A DNA stretch of 64,000 nt, from positions 23,407 to 87,406 of IMG/VR virus record IMGVR_UViG_3300023118_000001. One strand, 5' to 3'. Positions within the stretch are counted from its first letter, which is position 1, and each line of letters starts with the position of its first letter. Positions 18,047-26,362 of this stretch are shown piece by piece. Position numbers and translations under genes: made by a program. The DNA comes from a virus. The notes beneath the pieces were generated by a model. It was given only the letters and a program-made list of their open reading frames with translations. It was not told the origin of the DNA and searched no databases.

Positions 18047-20311
18047 TCAGTCCCCCACGTTCACAATGTTTTCCGCCAGAGCCTGGTCGGTCTCGCGGTG
18101 AGTGATCAGCAGCACCTGCTTGGCACTGCCGGCGATCATCGCAGCCAGGGAGGCTGCGTTGTGCTCACGGCACGACTCAGTCGGCTCGTCGAAGCTGAGC
18201 AAGCTGTCCTTGCCGTACAGCGCCCGGGCCAGGCCCACACGCAGCGAGACGCCGATCATGGCCTTCTGCGCACCCGAAGCCGAAGCCGTGGGAGCGAGCA
18301 CGCCGTCCTCCTCGTAGAAGAAGTCGCCCTCGTCGTTGGTCACCTTGGTGATGGTGTCCTTCGACGCGGTGCGCACCAGGCGGGTGGCCACGCCCATGAT
18401 GGTGTCCCACACTTCCTTCAGGTACTGCTGGCGGCGATCGCGCAGGAACTGCACCAGGCGGGCGTACTTCTTGGCCAGCTTGGTGAACTCCAGGGCCTTG
18501 ACCGCCTTCTCTTTGTGGCTGTCGCACTTGGCTTCAGCTGCAGCGACCAACTGGGTGTGCATGCGGACTTCGGACTTGGCCTCGCTGATGGCGAAGGTCA
18601 GGGCCTGCTTGCGGGTGTTGAACGTGGTCAGCGCGTCCTGATAGTCCGCCTCAGCCTTCACCGCTGCAGCCAGTTCATCGTCGGTCGGCGGCTCAGGCAT
18701 GGCCTCCAGCTCGTCGTTGAGCAGCTGCAGAGTGACCTCGTTCTCCAGCAGCGCCTTCTCAGCCTTGGCCAGGGCTTCCTTGTCGGTGTTGAACACCGAG
18801 TTGGCTTCGTTGATACCCTTGAGCTTGGCGTTCAGGTCAGCGTAGGCCTCACGGCTGGAGGCCAGTTCTGCAGTGGCTTCGTCAAGCTCCTTCTGGATCA
18901 CTTCAGCGCTGCGCAGCGCTGCCAGGGCGGTAGTGTTGGCCTTGTGACCTTCGAGGGCCTTGTCCAGCGCGGCGGCTGCAGCGTTGTAGGCTGCGTGTTT
19001 TTCGACGCGGCTCTTCAGGTCGGCCTTCACGTTGTTTATCGAGGCCTGATAGTCAGCGGCGGACTTCTTGCAGGTCTCCCAGTAGACGCGCGCCTCCTCA
19101 GCTTCTGCAGCCAGCTTAGCAGGGTCGTGCTCCTCCTTGGCTCGGTTGCAAGTAGGGCACACAGCGCCGTCAGCCAGCTTCAGCAGGTTGTCGTAGGCGC
19201 CCTTGGCTTTGCCGACGGCTTCCTGACGGGTAGCGAGTTCCACCTCAGCTGCCGGAATATCGATGTTCATCTTGTCGATGACAAATTGGTTGCTATCTTC
19301 GTTGAACTCGACCCAGTCAGCGTTGAATTCCACCTGCCGGGTGTCCAGCACCAGATCCGACTCGTCGGTGTCCTGCTGCACAGCCCTGCGGTGCGAAGCC
19401 TCGTCCTGCAGGTTCTTTTCCTTGACCGCCAGCTCGCCGCCAGCAGTTTTGGACTGCTGCAATTTAGCCTGCAGCGCTGCAGCGTCCTGCAGTTCACGAC
19501 CTTCGAGCCGGGCCTGGGCCTCGGTGACGCGCTCCTGCATGTTTTTGACCTGAACCTCGGCCACGCCAATCTTGTTGGACAGGGTGTCGACGTCGCGGAT
19601 CGCCTGACGCATCGCTTCGGACGACGCCGGCTTGGCCAGGCTGAACTCGCCGTGTGTCACCAGGTCGGACTCAGCGACTTCAACCGCAGTGGTGGCTAGC
19701 TTCAGGGCTTCCTGGGCGCTGTCACGCTCGGCGGCTGCGGCGGCGATGTCTTCTTCCGCCACGGTGTTGGCATCGGCGTGGCTGTTGTTCAGTGTGGCCT
19801 GGCGCTGGGCCTCGGCCTGCACCTTGTCGATCAGGTCGACGCCGGCGAACTCTTCGACCTTGCGGTTCAGCGCTGCAGCGCCGAAGTCCAGGATGCCGGC
19901 CGAGGAGCCCTGCTTTGATTGCACGAACAGGTTCCAGTCCTTGGCCTTCAGGCCGAGCAGCGACTCGATCTCGGCGGTGACCGGCGTGCTGCCGTTGGCC
20001 ACGATGGTGTCTGCCTGGCCTTCCACCATGCGCAGCAGCTTGGCAGTGGTGCCGGTGCGGGTGACATGGTAGGTGCCGCAAGGCAGTTGGAAGGTCAGCT
20101 CGATGCTGAACTTGGTCTGGCCCCAGGTGGGGATGTTTTCTTTCTTGCCAGGCACGACGGTGACGCCGAACAGGGCAGCTTCGATGGCTTGCAGGGTGGT
20201 CGATTTACCGCGGGCGTTGTCGCCCGCAATCACGTTCAGGCCTTTGGTGAACAGGCAGCTGAAGTTGCCCAACTTCTTGAAGTTGGTAGTGACGAGTTTT
20301 AACAGACGCAT
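18047..20311 (-). CDS. sbcC: SbcC/Rad50-like ATPase
   Basis: Walker A GDNARGKST, coiled coil with CPTC hook, signature ASGAQ, FDEPT, ITH; GGAGG RBS before ATG 20311. Confidence 0.92.
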   Translation of the reverse strand: MRLLKLVTTNFKKLGNFSCLFTKGLNVIAGDNARGKSTTLQAIEAALFGVTVVPGKKENIPTWGQTKFSIELTFQLPCGTYHVTRTGTTAKLLRMVEGQADTIVANGSTPVTAEIESLLGLKAKDWNLFVQSKQGSSAGILDFGAAALNRKVEEFAGVDLIDKVQAEAQRQATLNNSHADANTVAEEDIAAAAAERDSAQEALKLATTAVEVAESDLVTHGEFSLAKPASSEAMRQAIRDVDTLSNKIGVAEVQVKNMQERVTEAQARLEGRELQDAAALQAKLQQSKTAGGELAVKEKNLQDEASHRRAVQQDTDESDLVLDTRQVEFNADWVEFNEDSNQFVIDKMNIDIPAAEVELATRQEAVGKAKGAYDNLLKLADGAVCPTCNRAKEEHDPAKLAAEAEEARVYWETCKKSAADYQASINNVKADLKSRVEKHAAYNAAAAALDKALEGHKANTTALAALRSAEVIQKELDEATAELASSREAYADLNAKLKGINEANSVFNTDKEALAKAEKALLENEVTLQLLNDELEAMPEPPTDDELAAAVKAEADYQDALTTFNTRKQALTFAISEAKSEVRMHTQLVAAAEAKCDSHKEKAVKALEFTKLAKKYARLVQFLRDRRQQYLKEVWDTIMGVATRLVRTASKDTITKVTNDEGDFFYEEDGVLAPTASASGAQKAMIGVSLRVGLARALYGKDSLLSFDEPTESCREHNAASLAAMIAGSAKQVLLITHRETDQALAENIVNVGD

Positions 20312-20340
20312 GGCGCCTCCTATATGGGATAAGTCGCTAG

Positions 20341-20595
20341 TTAGCGAGAGTACACGTTGCGGATGGCTACAGCCAGCGGGCTGATGTTCAGGTTGATTGG
20401 CCGGGGGTTGGGATCGCGCTGAGCCTCCAGCGCCTCCCGCAGCCAGTTCATGCTTTGCTCGCTCTTGCCGCACTGGCTGAAGTTGCGAGCGACGACGCTG
20501 TACCGGTCCGATGGCGTGCTTTCACGGATCAGCCGACCCACCGCAAAGGGCGCGGCGCGCCCTTCGATGAAAGCCTGCATGCTGTACGGGTTCAC
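20341..20595 (-). CDS. hypothetical protein
   Basis: GTGA-coupled ORF in operon. Confidence 0.45.
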   Translation of the reverse strand: MNPYSMQAFIEGRAAPFAVGRLIRESTPSDRYSVVARNFSQCGKSEQSMNWLREALEAQRDPNPRPINLNISPLAVAIRNVYSR

Positions 20596-21188
20596 AGCGC
20601 TTCCACCGCAGCCATGTACTCCCCGAAGTCTTCACTCTGGTGGTGGGAGTAGGCCAGCTTCTTGATGAAGGCCTTATGGATCGCAGCGTCGGCAGCCTGC
20701 GCCACCTCGGCGGCCACTTCCACGCCCTGAGCAAGCTCCGGCAGGTCGATGTCGACCAGCATGGCAGCTGCCTTCACGTCGAACAGCTCGCGGATCAGCG
20801 CCTCTCGGTTGGTCTCCATGCTGTGGCCATACGGGCTGCAGCTGTCGAAGCCGTGGCGCTTGATTTTCATTATCGACTGGATCACCTCAGCGCACTCCTC
20901 AGCGAGGATGTCCAGTCGCTCGGCCTGGGCCGGGGTCAGCTCGTTGAAGTGGGCGTCAGCCAGCTGACCAATCCACGGCGCCGGCTCCTCGCTTTGTGGG
21001 CGAAGGAACAGTTCCGCCTTGCCGGCCGCACGCTCAAGGCGCTCGATGTCACCCTCGGGCAGTAAACCTTTTGAGGTCAGTTCGTCCACCTCTGCCACCA
21101 GATCCTCGAGTATGTCCGCCACCGCGTTGGTGGCGCCGGGGATGCCCTGCGCGATGTTGCAGTAACCGTTGAATCGGAAATTGTTCAT
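20592..21188 (-). CDS. MazG-like nucleotide pyrophosphohydrolase domain protein
   Basis: LAEECAEVIQ...K..RHG...LIRELFDV (EExxE / ExxD). Confidence 0.65.
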   Translation of the reverse strand: MNNFRFNGYCNIAQGIPGATNAVADILEDLVAEVDELTSKGLLPEGDIERLERAAGKAELFLRPQSEEPAPWIGQLADAHFNELTPAQAERLDILAEECAEVIQSIMKIKRHGFDSCSPYGHSMETNREALIRELFDVKAAAMLVDIDLPELAQGVEVAAEVAQAADAAIHKAFIKKLAYSHHQSEDFGEYMAAVEAL

Positions 21189-21523
21189 CCGGCGTACCCC
21201 TGGTCAGCGTTGTAGATGTAGGACGGCTGCTCGAAGATGTTCAGCACGCCTTCGTGGACGGTGTGGGTTTCGGCCGGACCAAAGTTGCAGCTGTCGGTGC
21301 GGATGGCGTAGTTGATCTGGCAGCCGGCGATGGTCATGTTGCCGCACTCGACGTACCAGTTGGTGGAGTGAGCGTTGGTCTTCAGGCCCAGCGTCTCCGT
21401 GGCGTCCATGACCGAGTTGACGGTGCCGAACACAGCCTTGTACTGCCGACCGTCCGGCGCGGTGAACCAGTTGTGGGTGGTGATCAGGGCTGTCTTACCG
21501 ATTTGCAGGTTTTTAGGCGTCAT
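21185..21523 (-). CDS. hypothetical phage protein
   Basis: AAGGAAG RBS, coupled ORF. Confidence 0.65.
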   Translation of the reverse strand: MTPKNLQIGKTALITTHNWFTAPDGRQYKAVFGTVNSVMDATETLGLKTNAHSTNWYVECGNMTIAGCQINYAIRTDSCNFGPAETHTVHEGVLNIFEQPSYIYNADQGYAG

Positions 21524-21669
21524 GCGGACTTCCTTTTAAAGTAATTAGGGCATTCAGGCTGGTAGCAGCCTCGCGATAGTGACCAGAAGGTTCGGCGCCG
21601 GGTCCCGCTCCCGCAGAGTGGACACGGGCTGCCGCAGCCTGTTCCCACACGCATCAGCGGAGGCTTCAA
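21520..21669 (-). CDS. 49-aa zinc-finger microprotein (absent from ORF track)
   Basis: TTG start overlaps sbcD TGA; stop overlaps next ATG; MKPPLMRVGTGCGSPCPLCGSGTRRRTFWSLSRGCYQPECPNYFKRKSA. Confidence 0.65.
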   Translation of the reverse strand: MKPPLMRVGTGCGSPCPLCGSGTRRRTFWSLSRGCYQPECPNYFKRKSA

Positions 21670-22766
21670 GCTTCCACCTTCGCCACCAACTGGTTGAACA
21701 GCGGCAGCAGGTCACTGCCGGCCAGGTCCTTCGAGATACGCGTCTGCAGATCCTCGACGATCACGCCTTCGATGTCGGTGTCGACATCCTGCAGCGAGTC
21801 CTTGATGTCGACCTTGTTGCGCACGGCGAACAGGTCGTTACAGTTCTGCAGCTCGCCGGATGCTTGTGTATCCCCCGGTGCATCGCAGGCCTGGTAGTTG
21901 CCAGCCTTCCAGATCTCGCGGATGAACTCGCTGACCTCCACCGCGTTGGCCACGCTGTCGGTGCCGGTGACGTCAACGAACTGGACGCCTGTGAGATCCG
22001 GGATGTCGCTGCCCAGCTTGATCTCGCGGTAGCGGTCAGCCTCGGACCACACGCACTCCTTGGTCAGGGTCGCGGTCTCCAGCTCCAGGTGGTAGATGAA
22101 CTTGTCACCGATGTCGTGGAAGCTGGTCGGGTGAGTGTTGCCCAGGACCACGACCTGGCCGCCGAGGTCAGTGGAACCGTTGTGCTCGTGGCCGATGAAG
22201 ATGAAGTCGAACGCTGCGATCAGTTCCTGGGCCAGTTCACGGCGCAGGTTCAGCGTGTTGTCCTCGGTGGCCAGGTTAAAATCGTAGTTGCAGTGCAGGA
22301 ACAGGTAGCTGGCCAGGCCGTCGCGGTTCTCAGCGGCGTGCGCTGCAGCTTCCCGCATGGCCACCTCGAAGACTTCCTGCGAGGCGTGGTGCGGCACGAA
22401 GTACATCGACTCGAAGTTGTCGAAGAACGGATCGGTCAGGTTCGGCGTGGCAATGATCGGCAGACCTTGCTGCTTGAGCAGGCGCAGCGTGGACAACGTG
22501 CCCTCGCGGTTGGTCTCGTCATGGTTGCCAGCCAAAACCCATTGGCACTTCTCGGCCACGTCGAAGGCCTGGCCGATGATGACCTCGCTGTTGGTCGACT
22601 TGTCCAGCAAGTCGCCGACGCAGACCTTGGGGAAGTCACCGGTGTTGACGATGGCCATGGCCTGCCAGTAAAGCTCTTGCTGCAGCTTGGCAGATGATTC
22701 GCGAGTGGTGTGTGCTTGCCGCGCCGTCCCCAGGTGGGGGTCGGTGAAGATGGTGATGTTTTTCAT
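21666..22766 (-). CDS. sbcD: SbcD/Mre11-like metallophosphoesterase nuclease
   Basis: DPH, GDLLD, GNHD, GHEH motifs. Confidence 0.92.
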   Translation of the reverse strand: MKNITIFTDPHLGTARQAHTTRESSAKLQQELYWQAMAIVNTGDFPKVCVGDLLDKSTNSEVIIGQAFDVAEKCQWVLAGNHDETNREGTLSTLRLLKQQGLPIIATPNLTDPFFDNFESMYFVPHHASQEVFEVAMREAAAHAAENRDGLASYLFLHCNYDFNLATEDNTLNLRRELAQELIAAFDFIFIGHEHNGSTDLGGQVVVLGNTHPTSFHDIGDKFIYHLELETATLTKECVWSEADRYREIKLGSDIPDLTGVQFVDVTGTDSVANAVEVSEFIREIWKAGNYQACDAPGDTQASGELQNCNDLFAVRNKVDIKDSLQDVDTDIEGVIVEDLQTRISKDLAGSDLLPLFNQLVAKVEA

Positions 22767-22780
22767 GCGCAGTCCTCGGT

Positions 22781-22800
22781 GGGGCAGCGATCGCTGCCCC
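22781..22800. repeat. perfect 20-bp palindrome upstream of sbcD RBS
   Basis: GGGGCAGCGATCGCTGCCCC; shares an 18-bp core with the 16609 palindrome. Confidence 0.8.
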
Positions 22801-22808
22801 GGTGGAGA

Positions 22809-22931
22809 TCAGAAAAGGTTCTTGACGAATTTCATCAGCGAGTAAATCAGGGTCAGAGCCCCATACGCGCTGACGATGCCCAACACGACGCCGAATGCCA
22901 GGTTCATGCCTTTGAGGATGTCTTTCATCAC
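22809..22931 (-). CDS. small membrane peptide
   Basis: MKDILKGMNLAFGVVLGIVSAYGALTLIYSLMKFVKNLF, coupled to ligase stop. Confidence 0.5.
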   Translation of the reverse strand: MMKDILKGMNLAFGVVLGIVSAYGALTLIYSLMKFVKNLF

Positions 22932-24076
22932 AGTGGCTCGTACCAGCACTTGGCTGTGGCGATGTTGGGGATGCCGTCCGGCGTGAAGCCGAAGTGGGCG
23001 ATGGTCAGCATGCGGTCCATGTTCTCGCCGCGCACCAGGGCTTCCCACTCGGCGTGCTTCTCAGCTGCATTGCCGTGGGCGGTGGCCTTGGCAGTCTTGA
23101 TGCCAGCTGGCGTATCAACTTCGTAGATGAACTTCGGCACCTGGTAGGTGACGCCCTTCACTACCTGCTGCTCAGCCAGTTCCCAGGCCACGACCTTCAC
23201 TTCGAAGTCGGTGAAGTCCTTCACCTTGACGCAGTGCTTGGTGCGCTTGCCGTCGCGGTAGCCTGCACGGCCCCAGCGCAGGATGCTGCCCTCGTAGCCT
23301 TCAGCGACCCACTTGCGGTGCAGGACCATGGCTTCGGCCATGCTGCGAACCCGCACGGTCTCGACCAGCTGGATGCGGATGTCGAGGTTGGTGGTGTTGG
23401 CGAAGGCTTGCTCGACAGCCGCGAATCGCTCCTCGAACGGCTTGTCGCTGACCGAGTCGTAGATGCAGTAGGTCAGCTGCAGCGAGTCTTCGCGCGGCTT
23501 GGTGATCAGGCTGCCGATAGCCTGCAGGGTCATGCCGTGGACGTACAGCTCACCGTCAAGGTGCAGGTCAGCGAACGCCGCCTGCGCATCCAGGGCGTCC
23601 TGAATGTGCTGGACGTTGTGGGCCTTACCGCCGCGGCTGTAGATGAACCCCTCTTTCAGGCAGCGGTGACCGTCGAACTTACGCTGCAGGAAGGCGGTGT
23701 CCCAGTCGACCTCGTCCATGTTTACGTCTTGCATCTTCTCAGCCAGTTGCGGCTTCTTCTTTCCCAGGCCGTTGGTGACTGGCGCCGCCGCGTCGGCGAT
23801 GTCTTCGACGTATCCGCCGAGGATTTGCTTCTTCCAGCGGGACTCGGCTTCAGCGATGGCCTGCTGAAAGTCGGAGGTCTCGTTGGCCTTGCCTTTGTTC
23901 TTACCTTTGACCGAGGCGATCTTCTCAGTTACAGCCCCTCCTTCTGACTTGGCGAAGGTGATAACCAGCCGGGCACTGTCATCTTCCAAGCCTTGGGCAT
24001 CTACCTGCCACCAGCCAATGGTCTTGCCGAGGTTTTTGTACAAGCGTTTGGTGGAGAGGAGTACGTTGTTGGTCAT
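22928..24076 (-). CDS. lig: ATP-dependent DNA ligase
   Basis: KFDGHRC adenylation motif, LDGELY, YEGSILR, KVKDF. Confidence 0.92.
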   Translation of the reverse strand: MTNNVLLSTKRLYKNLGKTIGWWQVDAQGLEDDSARLVITFAKSEGGAVTEKIASVKGKNKGKANETSDFQQAIAEAESRWKKQILGGYVEDIADAAAPVTNGLGKKKPQLAEKMQDVNMDEVDWDTAFLQRKFDGHRCLKEGFIYSRGGKAHNVQHIQDALDAQAAFADLHLDGELYVHGMTLQAIGSLITKPREDSLQLTYCIYDSVSDKPFEERFAAVEQAFANTTNLDIRIQLVETVRVRSMAEAMVLHRKWVAEGYEGSILRWGRAGYRDGKRTKHCVKVKDFTDFEVKVVAWELAEQQVVKGVTYQVPKFIYEVDTPAGIKTAKATAHGNAAEKHAEWEALVRGENMDRMLTIAHFGFTPDGIPNIATAKCWYEPL

Positions 24077-24108
24077 GGATCAGTCCTTATAAAGTGAAAC
24101 CCCGCTAG

Positions 24109-24630
24109 TTAGCGGGATTTGTTCAGTGTATCCGCATAAGTTGGGATGCGGAAGTAGTCCACCAGGTAATCAACCACGCGCTGATGCTGCAGCCTGTTGA
24201 TCACCCCGACGCTGGGCCAGGTGGCGAGGAGAAACTGCTTGTCGATCCGGCTGTTGTCGTGAATTGCCATGCCGTCCCACAACTGGATAACCCCCAGCTG
24301 CGCATCCCAAAACAGGATGTAGTAGGGGATGCCCAGCAGGGCCCGGAACCGGCCGATGGCGCCGCGCTGCGATGGCCGCACGGCGTCCTTGGGCATTGAG
24401 TGATGCTTCTCGCTGGCCTTGACCTCGAGGAAGCACAGCCGCTGCCCTTCATGCAGGTTCTGGCATTGAGCCGGCAAGCCCAGCAGGTAATCGCTGGGCT
24501 GCTCGGCGACGATGGAGCCGGCGGCACCGGTGTCGGTCAGGCGGTGGTAGCTGACAAGCCGCTGCGTGAACAGCAGCTTGAACACCTGCACCATCTCCTT
24601 CTCGAACACCTTGCCGATGCTCGCCGCCAT
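24109..24630 (-). CDS. PD-(D/E)xK nuclease, RecU/Holliday junction resolvase-like
   Basis: GKVFE, PSDY, FLEVKAS, RPSQ. Confidence 0.75.
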   Translation of the reverse strand: MAASIGKVFEKEMVQVFKLLFTQRLVSYHRLTDTGAAGSIVAEQPSDYLLGLPAQCQNLHEGQRLCFLEVKASEKHHSMPKDAVRPSQRGAIGRFRALLGIPYYILFWDAQLGVIQLWDGMAIHDNSRIDKQFLLATWPSVGVINRLQHQRVVDYLVDYFRIPTYADTLNKSR

Positions 24631-25262
24631 CAGTGACCTTCCAGCTCGGACACCAGATCCATCAGCTTCATGTCGAAGTCGTACAGCGACCCGTCATTGA
24701 CGATGGTGTGGGTGACGAAGTGGCGGCTGATACCCCGCTCGCTTTCGTGGTTAACGATGCCCACATTGGCCACCGCTGCCTTCAGCTTTTCAGTCACCGT
24801 GCTGTGCTCCAGAGGTCTCACGATCTCCAGGATGACACCGCCGTGGATCTGCAGGTACTCAGCCTCGCTGTCGAAGCGGACGTCGCTGAGGACCATCCCC
24901 TTGATCAGATCCTCGCCGTTCACCTTCAGGTTAGAGAACCTGCTAGAGTCAGCCTCGAACGGGCATCCAGCTTCGACCCACTTGCGCTTCTTCTCCACCA
25001 GGTTGACCCACACCTGGGGGTTCATCAGCTCGCGACCCCACTCAGTGCCGAGGGTTTGCATCATCACCCGGTACGACTTGCAGGTTTCAGGGCAGATGCC
25101 CGAGCGATCGCCTTCGTGGAAGTGGTCGCCGAAGACCGACTTCAGCATGGTCTTCAGCGGTTCCGCGAAAGCGTATTTGTACAGGTCCATATGCCTGGCC
25201 AGATAGGCAGCTGCGTGGTCTTTACCGGACCTGGCCAGTCCGGTCACGCCGATCAGCTTCAT
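24630..25262 (-). CDS. deoxynucleoside monophosphate kinase
   Basis: GLARSGKD, FAEPLK, R..MQTLGTEWGR, DVRF..E, HESE. Confidence 0.92.
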   Translation of the reverse strand: MKLIGVTGLARSGKDHAAAYLARHMDLYKYAFAEPLKTMLKSVFGDHFHEGDRSGICPETCKSYRVMMQTLGTEWGRELMNPQVWVNLVEKKRKWVEAGCPFEADSSRFSNLKVNGEDLIKGMVLSDVRFDSEAEYLQIHGGVILEIVRPLEHSTVTEKLKAAVANVGIVNHESERGISRHFVTHTIVNDGSLYDFDMKLMDLVSELEGH

Positions 25263-26005
25263 ATCGCCTGCGCCAAGCGGAGGCACAGCGCTTCACGAAG
25301 CTCGGCCGAGAACTCCATGTCGCACTTGTCGCTAAGCAGCCATTTGCAGTAATCCTGCTTCAGGTTTTTCACCTTGCTGCCCTTCTCCTTGCCGAAGCCG
25401 ATCTTCATTTCAAGGGTGCCGTCGTCACCCTTCATCCAGACCATCAGCTCGTCGAGGCTGTCGACCTTGGCCCAGCCGAACAGCGGCTTGATGCACTTGA
25501 GGGTGGCGTCGACGTCGACCGAGGCGTCGTGAGCGCCATTCATGGGCTCGCCCATGATGTGCTCATAGAACGCGGTCAGCTTGGCGCTGGGCCACTTGTG
25601 TTCGGTCTTCAGCTTACGGGCTGCCTTCATCAGGTCAATCGACTTCGGCGCGCGGAAACCTACCCGGGCAGCGATGCGGTTGTCGAAGGTGGCGCTGTTG
25701 TAGCCGATGACCGCGTCCAGGTTCATCTCGTTGACCGTGGCCATCTGCTCGGCCAGGTACGGTTCCCACGGCTTTTCATCCAGCAGGTCATGGGCGTAGT
25801 AGCCATGGACCTTGGAGGCCTCGGGGTGAATCTCCATACCAGGGTTCAGCAGCGTGAGGTCCTGGTCGTGGATGTCGTAGCTGCCATCCTGTTGCAGGGT
25901 CACGATCCACAGGGCTGACTGCAGAACGCCGCAACTGCCAGCGTCCACCCCGGTGGTTTCATAGTCGTGAGCCAGCGCTCTGACACTTTGTCCATTGAAG
26001 CTCAT
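25259..26005 (-). CDS. DnaQ/DEDDh 3'-5' exonuclease (ExoX-like)
   Basis: DYETTG, YNSATFD, AHDASVD; C-terminal FGK.KG...Y..W. Confidence 0.88.
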   Translation of the reverse strand: MSFNGQSVRALAHDYETTGVDAGSCGVLQSALWIVTLQQDGSYDIHDQDLTLLNPGMEIHPEASKVHGYYAHDLLDEKPWEPYLAEQMATVNEMNLDAVIGYNSATFDNRIAARVGFRAPKSIDLMKAARKLKTEHKWPSAKLTAFYEHIMGEPMNGAHDASVDVDATLKCIKPLFGWAKVDSLDELMVWMKGDDGTLEMKIGFGKEKGSKVKNLKQDYCKWLLSDKCDMEFSAELREALCLRLAQAI

Positions 26006-26008
26006 GGG

Positions 26009-26362
26009 TTATTCCTTACCGGTTGAGAAAAATTGTTTGTGAATGGCCGGCCAGCGGCGCCGGAACATCTCGACGCGGCGGGCCATCAGGCTTTCGTTGT
26101 GCTTGGCGTCCCGCAGCTGTTTACGCAGTTCCTCAAGTTCGTCTTCCAACTCCTTGACGTAGCTGTCGTTGTAGCTGCGATCCTCACAGCGTAAATCCGC
26201 CGAGGTGCCGACGAAGAAAGGCTCGCCAGGCCGTTTGATCCCCATCGGGATCGCCTTGCCTGGCTCGATGGTGTTGACGGGGCCCTGGATGGGCGGATCA
26301 GGGAGGCTGCTGACAGCCTCCTTGAATTTCTCCCACCAGTCGTTAATCGGCGACGACTTCAA
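26009..26362 (-). CDS. hypothetical protein with C-terminal coiled coil
   Basis: likely TTG start with GAGGAGG RBS inside the pol 3' end; start uncertain. Confidence 0.5.
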   Translation of the reverse strand: MKSSPINDWWEKFKEAVSSLPDPPIQGPVNTIEPGKAIPMGIKRPGEPFFVGTSADLRCEDRSYNDSYVKELEDELEELRKQLRDAKHNESLMARRVEMFRRRWPAIHKQFFSTGKE

